In this document: piece by piece, positions 25,324-38,822 of the stretch
Numbering within the stretch: position 1 is the stretch's first letter
Layout: each line of letters starts with the position of its first letter
Notes under the pieces: generated by a model
The model's database searches: none
Seen by the model: the letters and a program-made list of their open reading frames with translations, nothing else
What the model was told of the DNA's origin: nothing
Position numbers and translations under genes: made by a program
Assembly (NCBI GenBank): GCA_003971905.1
Contig: RSEE01000038.1
Location: 1-64,000 of the forward strand
From: Moniliella sp. 'wahieum'
Lineage: Eukaryota
Length of the DNA stretch: 64,000 bases
Direction of reading: 5' to 3'

Positions 25324-28300
25324 ATGGCTTTTGCCCCATTCCAACCAGCCCGCCGCACCCAACTCCGGGTCAGACGGCATCCTCAACCACTGCCTCCCAC
25401 ACGCGCCGCCCCTCCCTCCTCAGCCTCGGTCATCGCCCGAGCGTCACGCGCGATCAGCAGCCACCACCACCTGCCACCCGGCCCGTCTCGGCGCAGGCAC
25501 AGACGCCCCCAACTACCATTACCTCTACCCCGTCGCCGCCTCCACCTCTATCATCAGCCCCTGTACAAATGCCCCACGCATCGGCAACCTCCCTGCCCAC
25601 CCAGGCCCGGGTCAAAGTTACAGTCAAAGCCAGTCGCCGCCCGCCACCACCTCCAACTGGCATTACTGGCCGTGCCGCTTCTCCAGACATGGGCGCCCCC
25701 CCGGCATTTACCAATGCTCACACCGTCCAACCTCCACCCTCCGCTTCCTCTCGCACTGCCCCAGAGGCTGTTGCTTCTACAGCCGAACGCCCCAAGCCAA
25801 CTACTCGATTGCAACGCGAGAAGAAACGCGAGTTCAACGACCCCCCCTTTGTGGGCCCGTGGAAGATTGGGCGTGTTAATCGGGACTGGAGCAAGTGGTA
25901 CGTTCTTTGCTCTCTTTTGTACCTGCCCCACCCTCCAGGAGCATGCATGTATGCTAACACTCCCTTGCTGCCCTCTTCCCAGGCCGGGTTCGCTTGGTCA
26001 ACCATGTCAAGACGGGAGCGAAGGCGGCTGTGAAGATCATCCCGCGTTATCAGTTGGCCTCAAAGCTGGCTGCCAGCGGGTCCGGTCCCGAGGTTCAGAA
26101 ACGACTCCAGCAGATGGAAATTGGCATTGAGCGAGAGATCATCGTCATGCGTCTCATCATGCACGACAATCTTCTTTCTCTGATTGACGTGTACGAGAAT
26201 GAGAAAGTGCTTTACCTGATTATCGAGTACGTCGAGGGGGGTGAACTATTTGACCACCTTGTCTCCTGTGGCCGTCTCGAAGTCGATACCGCTCGTGACT
26301 ACTTTCGCCAGATTATGTTTGGCGTCGACCATTGCCATTCCTTCAACATCTGCCATCGGGACCTCAAGCCTGAGAACCTGCTCCTGTCGAAGGATAAGCG
26401 CCAAGTTAAGATCGCCGACTTTGGCATGGCTGCCCTGCAGCATTCAGGCCGAATGCTGGAAACGTCCTGTGGAAGCCCCCACTATGCCTCGCCCGAGATT
26501 GTCAGCGGCAAGCGGTATGTGGGTACAGCTACCGACATCTGGTCCTGCGGTATCATTCTCTTCGCCCTTCTCTATGGTCGCTTGCCATTTGACGACCCCA
26601 GTATGAGTGTCCTTATGCACAAGGTCAAGGACGGGCATTTCGAATTGCCGCGCCACCCTCGCGATGAAGCTGCCAAGACTTGATTCGTCGTATGCTTGTT
26701 GTCGACCCGCGCAAGCGGTACACTATGATGGAGATCTTTCACCATCCTTGGTTTACCAATTATGGGCGCCTATCGTCCACCAACCCTGTACCAATTGTGG
26801 CCGACCACGGCCCCATCGACTTTCCTCCGCTCTGGGAGGACGACATCTTCCGTGGCCTCACTTATCTCTTTCAAGGTTACAGCAAAGAGAAACTCAAAGC
26901 CGAGTTATGCTCGCTCGAAGACACTCAGCCCAAGCGCTTCTATCGTCTTTTGCTCAAGGATCAACTTGCGGCCGAAGAAGAGGAAGACGATGATGATGGA
27001 GAAGACCTTGTTAGCGCTTCATCCAATGGCTCAGCTGGCGCCCCGCACCCGATCTGTCATCATCCGGGGACTGGACCTACAATTCCAAGGCACCTACCGC
27101 ATCGACTTTTGACACGACTGTCTCCTTGCCAGACACAAGCGCTCTTGCCCCCGCCCCCGATTCCACGAACAAGGCGGCGGCCGGTGCAACTCCTAGTGGT
27201 ATGGTGGCCCCGCTTACCTATGGTATGACCCTCAAGGGGCCGATGTGGCTGCGGACGCATTAGCATCGCTGCAAGCCTACACCATCCGTCAAGGCCACGG
27301 ACGGACCTCTTCGGTCGCCGCATCCTCACCCGCTGCACCTTTGTCAGCAGCATACCTTGACGCTCAACGAAGTACACCCATTACCGCACCGTTCTCCCCT
27401 CAAGCCACCTACCGATCCAACTTCTCCAGTGCTGGTCCAGGTTCCATGATGGACCGCCCTCTTTCGGTTCATCGTTCGTCCCTTGACACGCCTATTACCC
27501 GTCCCTTGGCTAGCCGTGCGCCTATCCCTTCCACCTTGATGCAGGAGAAGACCGCCCAAGCCACCCCCCTCACTCGTACGCCCGGCGGTACCGCAAGTCC
27601 CCTAACCCCGCGCCTTCGGTCCCCGACGTGGGGGATCATGCAGCGGTGCAACGCTTCTTCCAAGAAGTGGCCGCAGAGCTGGCTCTGATCCGTGCAGAGG
27701 GGGGCGATTCTGAGCGAACGAATCGGCTTCAAACCAGGGTCGAGAAGGCAAAGAACCAGGGTTGGCACTCAGCCTCGGGACCAAGCAGTAGTGGCTTGCA
27801 CAGCGGTGCACCGTTGGCCCCCAGAGCTGCCCCGCCTCAACAAGTTGCTTCACCCGTCTACGACAGCCCGCCCAGCCCAAAGACCAAGCCATCAACTGTC
27901 TCTTCTCCGATTACTGGGAACTTGCCGATCTCCTCCAATGTCGCATACTATGGGGTGAATCCACCTAGTTCGAGCCGGCGGGCGTCGTTGAGTAACGCTA
28001 CCAGTCATGGTCGTTCGGGTGGTTTCACACCGCGAAGCGATCGCTTCCAAGATGCAGATGAGGACGAATTGGAGCAAGAGCATATTGATGAGTCGACGAA
28101 TACAGGCTCCTTCCCCTTTGGTGCCCGGCTTCAGTTCGGTCTGCTCATTCCCCCGCCTTGCGTCGACCAAGCGAAACTGCAACGGCCCTGATCGAGGGCA
28201 GGGCAAGTGCGCTGGGCGCCTTGGAACCGAGCTATCTGTCCAACGCCCCGTCTTCCATCGCCCCTTCTGCCCTGAGCATCCGCAGTGCTACCAACAGTCC

Positions 28301-29464
28301 CTACAGCCCCATCACCCCTGGTCTCACACCCACCTCTCCGCTTGGCCTCACCCCAACCCTGAATGGAGTTCAAGTCGAATGGACTGGGCAGAGACCCGAA
28401 GGCATTGGCCGAGTCGCACATGCGCCGCATCCCTGCCCCGATGCACAAGGTTTCTGCACCCGAGCTGTCCCTGTCGTCTCGTACGAGCCAGAGTCCCCAC
28501 TTTAGGATCGCAGGTCTTATCCAACACCTCAGTCGGTCCGACACGCATGTCGTCGCGCAGCGTGATGGGTCGTTCAAGTGCCAACTTTGTAGGCAGCCCC
28601 ACCGTGGCCAGTCCTGCGTTAGTCAGTCCTGCACTCGAGATGGCCACCACTCCGAATGCTTTGATGGCCAGCATGGGTTCGAATGTGGCGGGTCCTACCA
28701 ACATTGGCATGGGTGGTTCCCTTGGCCGGACTACCGGTAAGGACACGCCCACGAACGTTCTGGGCCTCGACCCTCAGCCTGCGCCGCCGGCCAGCCGCCC
28801 CGGCTCACGGATGCAGTCTCGCCCCCCTCAGCTGCCAGCGCTCTCCCTCCGCCTGTTGCGCTCTCGGCTAGTCGACCACCCAGTGTCAAAGCAGGGCCGA
28901 CGGTGCCGCTGTCCAAGCCAAAGAAGAAGCCAAGCCTGACTCGGTTGCAACAACGCAACCCTGGCTTGGCCCTTCGCATTCCCGGTTACAAGGACAAGGA
29001 CGATTCTGCCCCTTCTTCGGCTGTGCCCAACACGCCAGCGGACAGCAAGAGCCTGCAGAGCCCCCGCCAGGCTTCCTGGTTCGGCAGCATCTTTAACTGG
29101 AAACCTTCGGCTTACACACTCTACTCCTCGGCGCCCCTTGTGCAAACCAAGCAAACCTTGGTGGCGCTCCTATCCCAAATGTGCTCGGTCACAGAGGTGA
29201 GTGCGGCTGTGCCCCGTCCTGGATCGGTTGTGCTCAAGGGGACGGTATCCCGTGCTCGCAAGGCCGTCCGATTCCGCGCCGAACTGGTGCCGCTAAGTGG
29301 GGGTGCCAATGGGTCGCCTCTAGACGAGGGAGCTGGGAGCGAGGCATCCATCGGGCGCGTTGGTCTGCATCCGCCTCCAGCATGAGCGTGGATCGCATAC
29401 AACGCTCAAATCCCTCCATCTCTCCCTTCGACAACAGTGGACGTTGGAGCCGGCGGCCGCATAA
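25324..29464 (+). CDS. Nim1/Gin4/Kcc4/Cdr2-family (BRSK/SAD-like) Ser/Thr kinase
   Basis: VGPWKIGRVIGTGAS/GRV, AAVKII, IEREII, EYVEGGELFD, HRDLKPEN, KIADFGMAAL, LETSCGSPHYASPEIVSG; intron 25898-25982; C-terminal KA1-like region (SWFGSIFNWKP...VRFRAE...QHERGS...QWTL). Confidence 0.9.
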
Positions 29465-30831
29465 TCTCCACCCCCATCTTTTCTCTCTTCAGGCAAGGAG
29501 GGAAGGCCTTTGCGCTCTCCTGAAGCACTGCCCCTCCCCCCGTCAAACACACACAGCCTACCATGAAGTTCTATGCCCCGACCCTCATATCCACATCACC
29601 TGTGCTATGCTTGCCATGTTCGCTTTCATTCTTCTTTGCCCTACCAACACACCGTGTGAAGCGTGCGCTCCCCATACCTTTACTGGCCCTTGCTGGGGGC
29701 CAAATAAGTTGGCCACAGACACTGGTGCTTGGTCTACGGTTCAGCCTATATGTTGGATTTTTTCGTCTCTCTCTTTGCTTTGTCCCGTGCACCTGCCCCA
29801 GCTACGCTACTCCCGTTCTGGTTGGCGGTACTGAGCTTATGGCGTTTCTCTACGTTTTGTGCTTTTCATTGGTTTCTTTTATCCACTTGCCACTCAGTTT
29901 GCCTCTGCTGCTACTGCTGGCGGTTGCTTTTCCTTCATGTTCTTGCGCTTTTGTCATTGCACTTTTGGAACCACTAGTTTCGTTTTCGTATTTGGGGGGT
30001 TTCGTCTTACCCGCGCAGAAGCGTTGTTCGTCCATCCTCCCCTTTTTTGATTGTCTTCGGAGCCTCGAAAGAATGTGTGAAGAAGCGGTTGTATCCCGCC
30101 CTTTTGGTATTGGATATGTTGACCCGAATCGACTGCAGAGGGACAGAGGACAGTTTCAGTAGCCCAAACTCTTGGCCCGCTGACCCACACTTGATATATG
30201 ATGTCGTATCCGCGAGTATGCGTCGTTGCCCTTGAACAGGGGATCAGTACTCAAGCGTACATATGGCCCTTGGTACCCCCCGGCCCTCTGGTCTCGATCT
30301 CAACCCTGAACCTTCTGGCATCGACTAAACCAACCACGCGTGGGCTCGACAGGTCACAAAACCCTTTTACCGAGCCTTAGTACGATTGACGAACTTGAGT
30401 ATCACAACTGCGTATGCTTTTTTGGAAAAGAACACTGGTAGTACGTGGGGATAAAGGAGAGCCAAAAGGAGCGCAATAGAGACGTAGTTGAAAGCCACCA
30501 CTGTGGAGAACCATTCCGTCCGGGGCTCCACCATGTCTTGCCCCCAAAGAGACATCTCAGTCACAAGCGATTTGCTCTCTTCAGCCAAGTAGAGGAGATG
30601 AGCGAAGCAGCATTCGGTTGTTTTGCCAAATGCCGGGATCAATCCAGGAAACAAGAGCGTTCGCTCTCTCGCATTTCGTTTGTTTCGTTCCCGCATGACG
30701 CTCTTTTTCCAGTGCTCGGTGGGCATAGACTAGTGCACTGGTGTCAGCGGTAGGTGTAGCGTGAAAATTATAATGCGGCATTCAAATTGGTTGCACTATA
30801 TGAATTTTGGAATGGTCATTGATTACGAAAC

Positions 30832-30938
30832 TTCCCCGTAGCTCAATTGGTCAGAGTTTGATGCTTATATCATGCTGTATTCAAAAGCTGGATAGGCGGT
30901 GTACTTCACGGTTCCGAGTTCGAGCCTCGGCGGGGAAA
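30832..30938 (+). tRNA. tRNA-Ile(UAU) with 33-nt intron (30870-30902)
   Basis: Acceptor stem TTCCCCG/CGGGGAA plus A73; D arm GCTC/GAGT; anticodon CT-TAT-A; T arm CCGAG-TTCGAGC-CTCGG; intron ATAGGC can pair with GCTTAT; TTTT Pol III terminator follows. Confidence 0.85.
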
Positions 30939-31305
30939 TTTTGCCCCTTAGTCTGGATTTCTTTTTTGGCTACATTGGCTGTGAAAGGGCTTGCAATATG
31001 TCGATGCGAGGTATTACACACTCTTAAGATAACCCACCCACTCTTCTATGCTGGAATTGTATACAGCGCTTCAACTCTTTCGGAGGGGGGCTTCTTGGCT
31101 GGATTTTGGATAGCTAAGGGCTAGCTTCTCATGTCCCTCACGTTCGGGTGGATCGTTTTCCCTCTTCTTTATTTTTATCTCCCTCCCTTTTCCCATGCAA
31201 GCGCCTCGTTCTTGCAGGACTATATACAGTGGGTAATATCTAATGAACATGCAACGTTGTGAGCAGGATGGATGTGGTTTGGATAACGCAAAAGAAAATC
31301 TACAT

Positions 31306-31538
31306 TGTGATGAGACCTGGAGTCCAGGTGGTCCTCGAGGGTGATGCAATCGCACTAGTGGTGGTGGTAATGGTCTAAGCCAACCAGCAACGCCTACTGA
31401 GGAACACCAAACAGCGAGTCGCCACCAGGGGCTAAGCTGCGGAACAAGGAAAAACAGGAGAGAGAAAACAACGGAACTCCTAGGCCTGAGGAGGAACTGA
31501 AGGGACATTGGCCAAAGCACGAGCCACCTGGCTCAACA
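31306..31538. mobile_element. Degenerate dispersed repeat, probable solo LTR (copy 2)
   Basis: TGT...ACA termini (TGTGATGAG...CTCAACA); homologous to 22870-23099. Confidence 0.7.
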
Positions 31539-31656
31539 CATTGCAGTTGCTAGAAGATGGAAGGAGGATCTGACACGTAGAGAGCTTTTATGTCCCAACG
31601 CGACAAGACTTTGTTCGGACGAGACCCAGTTGATGCATAACGAGGAGTTCAGTTGA

Positions 31657-32155
31657 TCAAGCGACTACCTTGCCGACAATGTTGTACCGCTATCGGACAC
31701 CATGACATGGCGTTCCATCATCAGTCTCCGTCGTCCAAGAAGGTTGAGTCCAATTAAAGAACAGATACATACCTTGGTGTAGTAGGCCAGCCAGTCGTTC
31801 AGGACCTTCATCTCCTTTTCTGTAAGGGCCGAATAGTCCGCAATGGCGTCATCAGGGTTGAGCGACGACTTGCCGAGTGCAGCACTGGCGTCCTTGCCGC
31901 AAACACACTGTACCTTTGCCTGCCGTACATCTCCCGGCGCGGTGACACATCAAAGACCAGCCCTTGATTGCCACATACACTGGCAAGTTGGGCTCGGCAC
32001 CATTGTACTTGGCCAACTCACGAGAGATGGGATCGTCCTTGGGCGGGCTGTGGACACAGAGATGAGCACGTCAGTGAGAGCAGGATGAGCAAGCCAAGGA
32101 TGAGTCGAGGAGGCATCGCAGCTTACTGCGTGGGCTTGGTCTGCGGCTCGAGCAT
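31657..32155 (-). CDS. Cytochrome b5-like heme/steroid-binding (MAPR/Dap1-like) protein, short form without a TM anchor
   Basis: Manual translation: MLEPQTKPTH/PPKDDPIS..ELAKYNGAEPNLPVYVAIKGLVFDVS..MYG..GKDASAALGKSSL..EKEMKVLNDWLAYYTK/RYNIVGKVVA*; introns 32048-32126 and 31690-31772. Confidence 0.88.
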
Positions 32156-32772
32156 AGTGCCTGGTTGGTCGGTGGTGTGGAGGTGGGGTTTTCAGCATGA
32201 GGCCTCTGAGCATGTCCGGCGCCACGCGCCGACTGCGCAGCCACTGCTCCAGCCGAGCAACGGTGGACAGCCAAGCCGGGGGTCACCGGTCAGCTGACCG
32301 GGGTCACCGGCGCTCACCGGGCAGCATGGCAACACCCCCCGCCTGCGGCAGTGTGCGATGGGCCGCGCACGTGACGGTTGCTGGCACCGACAGCACGATG
32401 ACGTCAGGCGGCATGCGTGCAGCTCCAGCGGTGCGCTGCCGTGTGCTGGGCGGGGATGTGAGACGCGGATGTGCGGTGTGGATGTGACGCGGGGACGCGT
32501 GACGCGTGACGGCGGCACGGCAGCGACTGGGGGGCTGGCGGGGGAAGAATGATGGATGATGCATGATGGTCAGGCCGTCGCGCTGGGTGTCGGCCATGTC
32601 CGACTGGGGCACCGCCGCGCACACAGCAGCCGAGGGCAGCGCACAGCCCCATGCCAGCAGCGGAGAAGGGCTGCGGCGCGTCGGCAGCGTGTACTTAAGA
32701 ACTTAGACCCCCCGATGTGTCCCCAGCCCCGCTTCCCTCGGCCATCCTCCGCTTCTGCCAAACACACCGCCC

Positions 32773-34197
32773 ATGGCCGCGTACTACGGCGATCCACGCG
32801 CACCCGCAGGCAACTACCCGCCCCCGCGCCCCCCCTACCCTCCCGCCGCCTACCCTCCGCCCCCGCAAGCCGGTGCCTATGGCGGCTACCCGCCGCCCCA
32901 GGGCGCTCCCCAAGGCTACCCGCCCCCCCGGGCGCACCTCAAGGCTATCCACCGCCCCAGGGCGCTCCCCAAGGCTATCCCCCGCCCTCCTACCCTCCCT
33001 CCCAGCCAGCGTACGGCGCCCCCCCCCCCCCAGCAACAGCAATACGCCCCCCCACCCCGTCCGCCCCCCCCAGCAGCCATATGGTGCCCCTCCCGGTCCT
33101 CCTTACGGCGCCCCTCCCGGCCTGCGCACGCCATGCCGGCATCTACGGCCAAGCGTTTGCTGCGGGCCCTGCTCCTGGCCCTGCTGCGCCAGGCGGCGGG
33201 TTCACCTACCTGGGCATTCCCGTGCCGCCTCCGCCTCGCACCAACCCCTCACCGCTGCCCCAGCGATGGATGTGGCGGGCAGGGTGGAGCGGATCTAACG
33301 ATGAAGGGGTTCGGTACGGACGACAAGACCCTGATCCACGAGCGTGCACCCAGCATGATCCCTTTGTCATTGATGCGGTCCGCACCGGGTACAAGCAGTA
33401 CAAGGGCAAGGATCTGATGAAGGCGGTGGAAGGCGATGTGAGTGGTGGATGGTACGAGGCGGTGCTTCGGTTCCAAGTGTATGGTCCCGTGATGGGGGAC
33501 GTGGTGGCCTTGAGGCGGGCCATGAAGGGAGCCGGAACCGATGAGTCGGTGCTCACCGAGATCCTCTTGGGGCGATCCAACTCTGACATCCATTGCTCAA
33601 GTCGGCCTACCACGCACGTACAGCAAGCGTCTCGAGGATGCGGTCGCCGGGGAACTGTCGTTCAAACCAAGCGCATGTTTGCCAGGCTCTGGCCGGCGCT
33701 CGGAAGAACATGCTCTGTGGATCCCAGGCGCGTAGAGGAGGATGTACGGCAACTGTACAAGGCATGCGCGGAGCTGGCACCGACGAGAGACTATACATCC
33801 ATCTGCTGTCTCGCAACGACGCCCAGTTGGTGGCCATCGCCCAGCGCTACAAGCAAGTGCACCACAAGTCGCTTTCGTCTGCCTTGTCGGGCGACTTTAG
33901 CGGGCATATGCAGCAGGGGGTGGTCTATATCGCCACGGGGGCTGAGGACCAGCGGGGGTACAAGGGTATGGTGTCCAGCGGGATGCGACCTGATCTTCAA
34001 AGCGATGGATGGAGCTGGTACGAAAGACCGGGATTTGGTTCGTCGCGTCTGCCGCGCGTCCTGGAATCGCGCCCGGTTCCAGGCGGTTCAAACAAGCCTA
34101 TCGCCGAGCCCATAATCAGGATCTCTCGGTTCGCATCAAACGTGAGACGTCGGGGAACTACGAACGCTCGCTGGTCACTGTTGTCGACACAGCTTGA
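32773..34197 (+). CDS. Annexin (A7-like, Pro/Tyr/Gly-rich N-terminus)
   Basis: GYPPP repeats; four annexin repeats MKGFGTDD, MKGAGTDE, MRGAGTDE, MDGAGTKD; ETSGNYERSL. Confidence 0.93.
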
Positions 34198-34353
34198 GCC
34201 CCCCCCCCCCCCCTCGTTGCTCTCTTTTCCTACTTATATTGTGGTCACGCGCCGATGCATCGACAATACGTATCCCCCTGTATAGCCACCACTGTTCTCG
34301 GACCAGAAACCCCATTGGGTTTGCATCTTTATATGCCACCGTAGATGATTGGA

Positions 34354-36769
34354 CTAGGTTAGGGTGATGTTGACAATCTTGATGTCCTGTGCGGCCGATC
34401 CAACTTGTCTGTTCGCGTATTCTCAATCGCATCCTGCACAACGTCGAAACCGGCCGTAACCGAGCCAAACACCGAGTGCTTCCGATCGAGCCAGCTGGTA
34501 GGCGCTGTAGTAATGAGAACTGACTGCCATTCTGGGCAAGGGGACGCGTCTGTCAGCCGAGCCAAACGGGAGACGATGGCAAAAGAAGGATGAGGAGAAG
34601 GAAACGTACCGTGTTGGGGCCGGCATTGGCCATAGAGAGCATGTATGGTTTCGAGTGGTCGAGCATGGGGTGAAATTCGTCTTCAAAGTTGCCGCCCAGA
34701 GCGAAGAACCGCCGGTGCCATCTCCATTTTCATAGTCACCACCTTGGATCATAAACTTGGGGATAACGCGGTGGAACGTCGTACCGTCATCTTGCTGCTT
34801 GGCCAAACCAACAAAATCTCCACTGTGCGCGGGACCAAGGAGGGGAAAAACCGGACATGAATGTCGCCCAAGGTGGTGTGGAGGGTAGCGGAAGAGGCGA
34901 GGCGGACGCTCCTCTGGGCCTTGGGGCCAGAGGAGGTGCTTGCCAAGGCCATCTCCTCCTTGTAGGCTTCTCGTTAAACACATCCCGATCCCCCGCGTGC
35001 TGGGCCGCCTTGGGGTCCGAGTCGGGCTCAAACTGGAGAAAAGGTAAAAGCGAGAGCGCTTGTAAGCCGTCGCAAACAACGTAGGGTGGGGGACGTCCCT
35101 TGCCTGAGCTACCAATGGGTTCTCAGACGCAATCAAGTCGATCGACAACACCCCGCCGTTTCGCGCCGGGTCCACAGCCAACCCTTGGAACAAGTCAAAC
35201 TGGAGGAATCGCAACCCTTCGTCCCGCCCCAGGATCGCACGCAACCGATTGTCACAGGTGCACTACCTTGATACCAAACAAGCTTGCGTACAGAATAAAG
35301 TTGCCCGACTCGTCAAATACCACATTGGCGCGTGTCAGACCAGTTGCAGACCGTACCGCCCCTTGGCCAATTCGTCCCGGTGCCGAGGTGAGGGCCTGGT
35401 CCAGCTCACGTTCCAACGCGATGCGACGACCAAACTCCATCTCGTCAAGCGGATGGGGTAAAGCGCAGCCCGCAGCGCAGGAGGGAGGTGCATGCCGCTT
35501 CGGTCAGGTTAGGAGGTGGATCTTGGCCAGCCGCTTCGGCCCGGGCTAAGGCTTCCAGTCGGTCAGCTTGAGCACGGGCAGTCTTGGCTTGCCATTTTGC
35601 CTGGTCCGCCTCGTTCGAAGCGAGACTCTCGTCATAAGCTCGGTAGAGCTTCGCAGAGGCAAAGTCAAAGATGCGCACAACTCGATCGGGTAAGCTAAAG
35701 GTGGAGAAAAGTTTGCCATCGGGGGAAAACTCCAGCGATGTGGGGACCGACTTGCTCTTTTTGAACGCCAATAGGTCCGTATCCGACTTGTACTTCCACA
35801 GCACCTTCTTTCCCGCTGGAGGGGCCACTTCAAATGGTTCCTTGGGCGTCCAGTACCACCATGCACCCACATCGGCAGCAGAGACGACACAATCGTACGT
35901 CTCATTGTACTGGATCAAATGACAGGGAGCGCGATGCATCTTTCCCAGCACCGCAACTGGTTCCGAGGCACCACGGCCATCATAAATGCGGATTGTGGGC
36001 GAGTCTTGCTCCAATACGGCAAGCAGCGCATCGCCATGTCCCCTTCTATGCACCCAACAGCATGAGCGAGGCACAAAGGGAAATGTGAGGATGTTGATCA
36101 TGTCAAAATTGGCCACGTCAAACACTTTCGCTGTCTTGTCGGTGGAAAGCGAGGCATACAACATGCCATCGCTACTGATGGAGGCATCCACAATCGGTTC
36201 CAAATGGGCGCGGTAATGCTTGGCAAACTCGATGCCTCCCTCACGAAGGAGCTTGTTGGGATTGGCCTTGGTGTTGGTCTCGGCCTTTCCCGCCAGCACA
36301 TCCGCAGCCAACGGAGATTTCTTCCAAAATTTCACATGCCCATCCACACTTGCCGTCACGACAAAGTCGACGGGATGGGAAGCAACCAGGACCGAGACGA
36401 GCGCGTCACGGTGCATAAACGATTGAGCGTACTGGGCGCTTCGGGGCAACGCCTCAAGCTGCTCAGCCGCAGCAGCCGCCCGACGCTGCTGGGCAGCATC
36501 GAGTTTGCGTCGTTTCGTAGAGCGCTTGGTTGGCTTGGACGAAGCAGGGGCGGGCGCAGAGGAGGAGGTAGGCCCGGCACCGGCACCGGCGCCTTCGCGC
36601 GGGGCCGCGGGCATGGGGCCCACCTCGTCGCCCGAGTCCGAGTCCGAGCCGGAAGCAGAGCCCGACCGGGACGACGAGAACGACGATCGAGAGGTGTACG
36701 ATGAGGCACTCCCGGAGCGCGAACGCGCGCTGGGTGATTTCGAAGCGCCACGCTTCGTGCGCCGGCCAT
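34354..36769 (-). CDS. PPWD1: WD40-repeat cyclophilin peptidyl-prolyl isomerase (Cyp15/PPWD1)
   Basis: [83 protein letters not shown]. Confidence 0.93.
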
Positions 36770-37579
36770 GATGGGATGGAAAAGCTGGTGGTGAACAGGC
36801 AGGCCAGCTAACCACAGAAGAGAATGGACATTGAAATGGTTCGCAGTGGTCACGTGACAGAGGGTAGCATTCGATAGTCGGATGCTAGACTCGCGGACCT
36901 CAGGCATCGCATGCTCACAGTTAACCCTTACAACATGCAACCCTTGGGCCGCCCACGCGCAGGAGTGCCCCTGACCCCTGTCCCTCGCCCACCAACCTCG
37001 ATCGCTTGCTCTGTACCCAATCATAGCGGTATCCTCCGGAAGCAAGTTCCAAGACTCGGATGGAATATGAGCGCTTTTTGCCAAAACTGATCCTGGGATT
37101 TAACTGGCTCGCCAACGGTAGCGGAAAGAAAAGATGTCGGCCGCACACCATGCCCCACGGGCCCCAACAGGATATGATGTGCATGATAAAAGCTCGGCCA
37201 ATGGCGACAACGCCGCAACTACCCGAAAAATTCACACTGTAAACGCATTATCGTCCCCGCTCCTCATCGAACTCATCTCTGTGCTTGAGAACAGTTTCAT
37301 GGTGAAAAGGGCGAAGTCAATGCCATTCCGTTGTCATGGCGGCATGTTCTTGAGAGTCCGTTGCATCTGCCTGTGACGACAGCTGCGGCGGTAACGATAG
37401 AAAAGATGGCCCTAACCTCCAACATGCAATCCAGTCACCGTCAGGGGATATGCTTGTGGGATAAGGAAGCCCCGAAAAAATGAATTCAACAGACAGCAAC
37501 AACCAATCCATCATGGTGCATCATGCACCTTTTGCGAGTCGGAGAGCCATGGCCACTGGTATTTCAAGTGTTTATCGGG

Positions 37580-38688
37580 TTACCAACCACGGCCAGCCAG
37601 CCGCCCTCCAGGCATCTTTGAATCAATCGTCAGTCCCACCATTGCCGTGACGTTTTCCGAGATCTTGGCCAGTATCTCGGGATTATCCCAGTGGGTGACA
37701 GCGGTCACAATTGCCTTGGCACGCTCACGTGGGTCGCCTTCAGCAGCAAAGACGCCCGAACCAACAAACACGCCGTCGGCGCCCAGCGTACGCAGCAGTG
37801 CCGCATCGGCTGGGGTGGCAATCCCCCGCAGCAAAGTTGACGACGGGAAGAGACGCTTGAGCCGAGCGGTCTCCTTAAGCAAATGATACGGGGCTGAAAT
37901 CTCCTTGGCATACGCATACAGCTCCTCATCACTCATACTTGCCACCTTGCGGATCTCTGCCTGCACGGTCCGCATGTGCCCGACTGCCTCAACCACATTG
38001 CCTGTGCCAGCCTCGCCTTGGTCCGAATCATGGCGGCGCCCTCGCTGATCCGGCGCAAAGCTTCGCCAAGATTGCGGCAGCCACATACAAAGGGGACCTT
38101 GAAGGGATGCTTGTTGATATGATGCACATTGTCGGCAGGGGTGAGCACTTCCGATTCGTCAATGTAGTCCACATCGATCGCCTGCAGGATCTGGGCCTCA
38201 ACTGCACACCCTCAGTCAGCTCGTATCCCACAGCGGTAACGTGGGCAGGAACCCACAGGCGCAGACGTACAATGTGCCCGATCCGGCATTTGGCCATAAC
38301 CGGGATGCTGACCGCATTGATAATCTCCTTGATCATCTTGGGGTCCGACATGCGAGCCACCCCGCCTTGGACACGAATGTCGGCGGGCACTCGTTCGAGC
38401 GCCATGACCGCGGCCGCACCGGCTTCCTCGGCGATCCGTGCCTGTTCCGGGTTGGTCACGTCCTAAAAGCCAGCGAGTTTTCAGTCACCCAGCCTGAAAA
38501 GCGACGAGGGAAGCGGAGCGTACCATGATCACGCCTCCTTTCAGCATCTGGGCCAGGCCACTCTTGACGCCAAAGGTACCGACGTTGGATCCCTCAGAAC
38601 GGCCAGACGCTGGTCCGCCTGTGCGGGGCACAACGTGCGCACCATTGGAGGGGGCGGTGCCGACAATGATGGGGTGCTCAGACGACAT
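37580..38688 (-). CDS. SNZ1: Pyridoxal 5'-phosphate synthase subunit Pdx1
   Basis: [104 protein letters not shown]; two introns. Confidence 0.97.
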
Positions 38689-38822
38689 GCAAAAAAGTGG
38701 CGGTGTGATGGGTGGGGCGCCGAAGGCTGCTCACAGCGAGTGAGAAGAGAGGAGGGGGGGCTTGCAGCCAACGTGAAACTTGAAGGACAGCGGCGTTGTG
38801 CACGGGCCAAACATGAGGTGGG

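Noticed and set aside
29563..30162. Hydrophobic 199-aa ORF downstream of the kinase
   Set aside because: T/C-rich 3' UTR-like sequence gives spurious Leu/Phe/Cys-rich frames.
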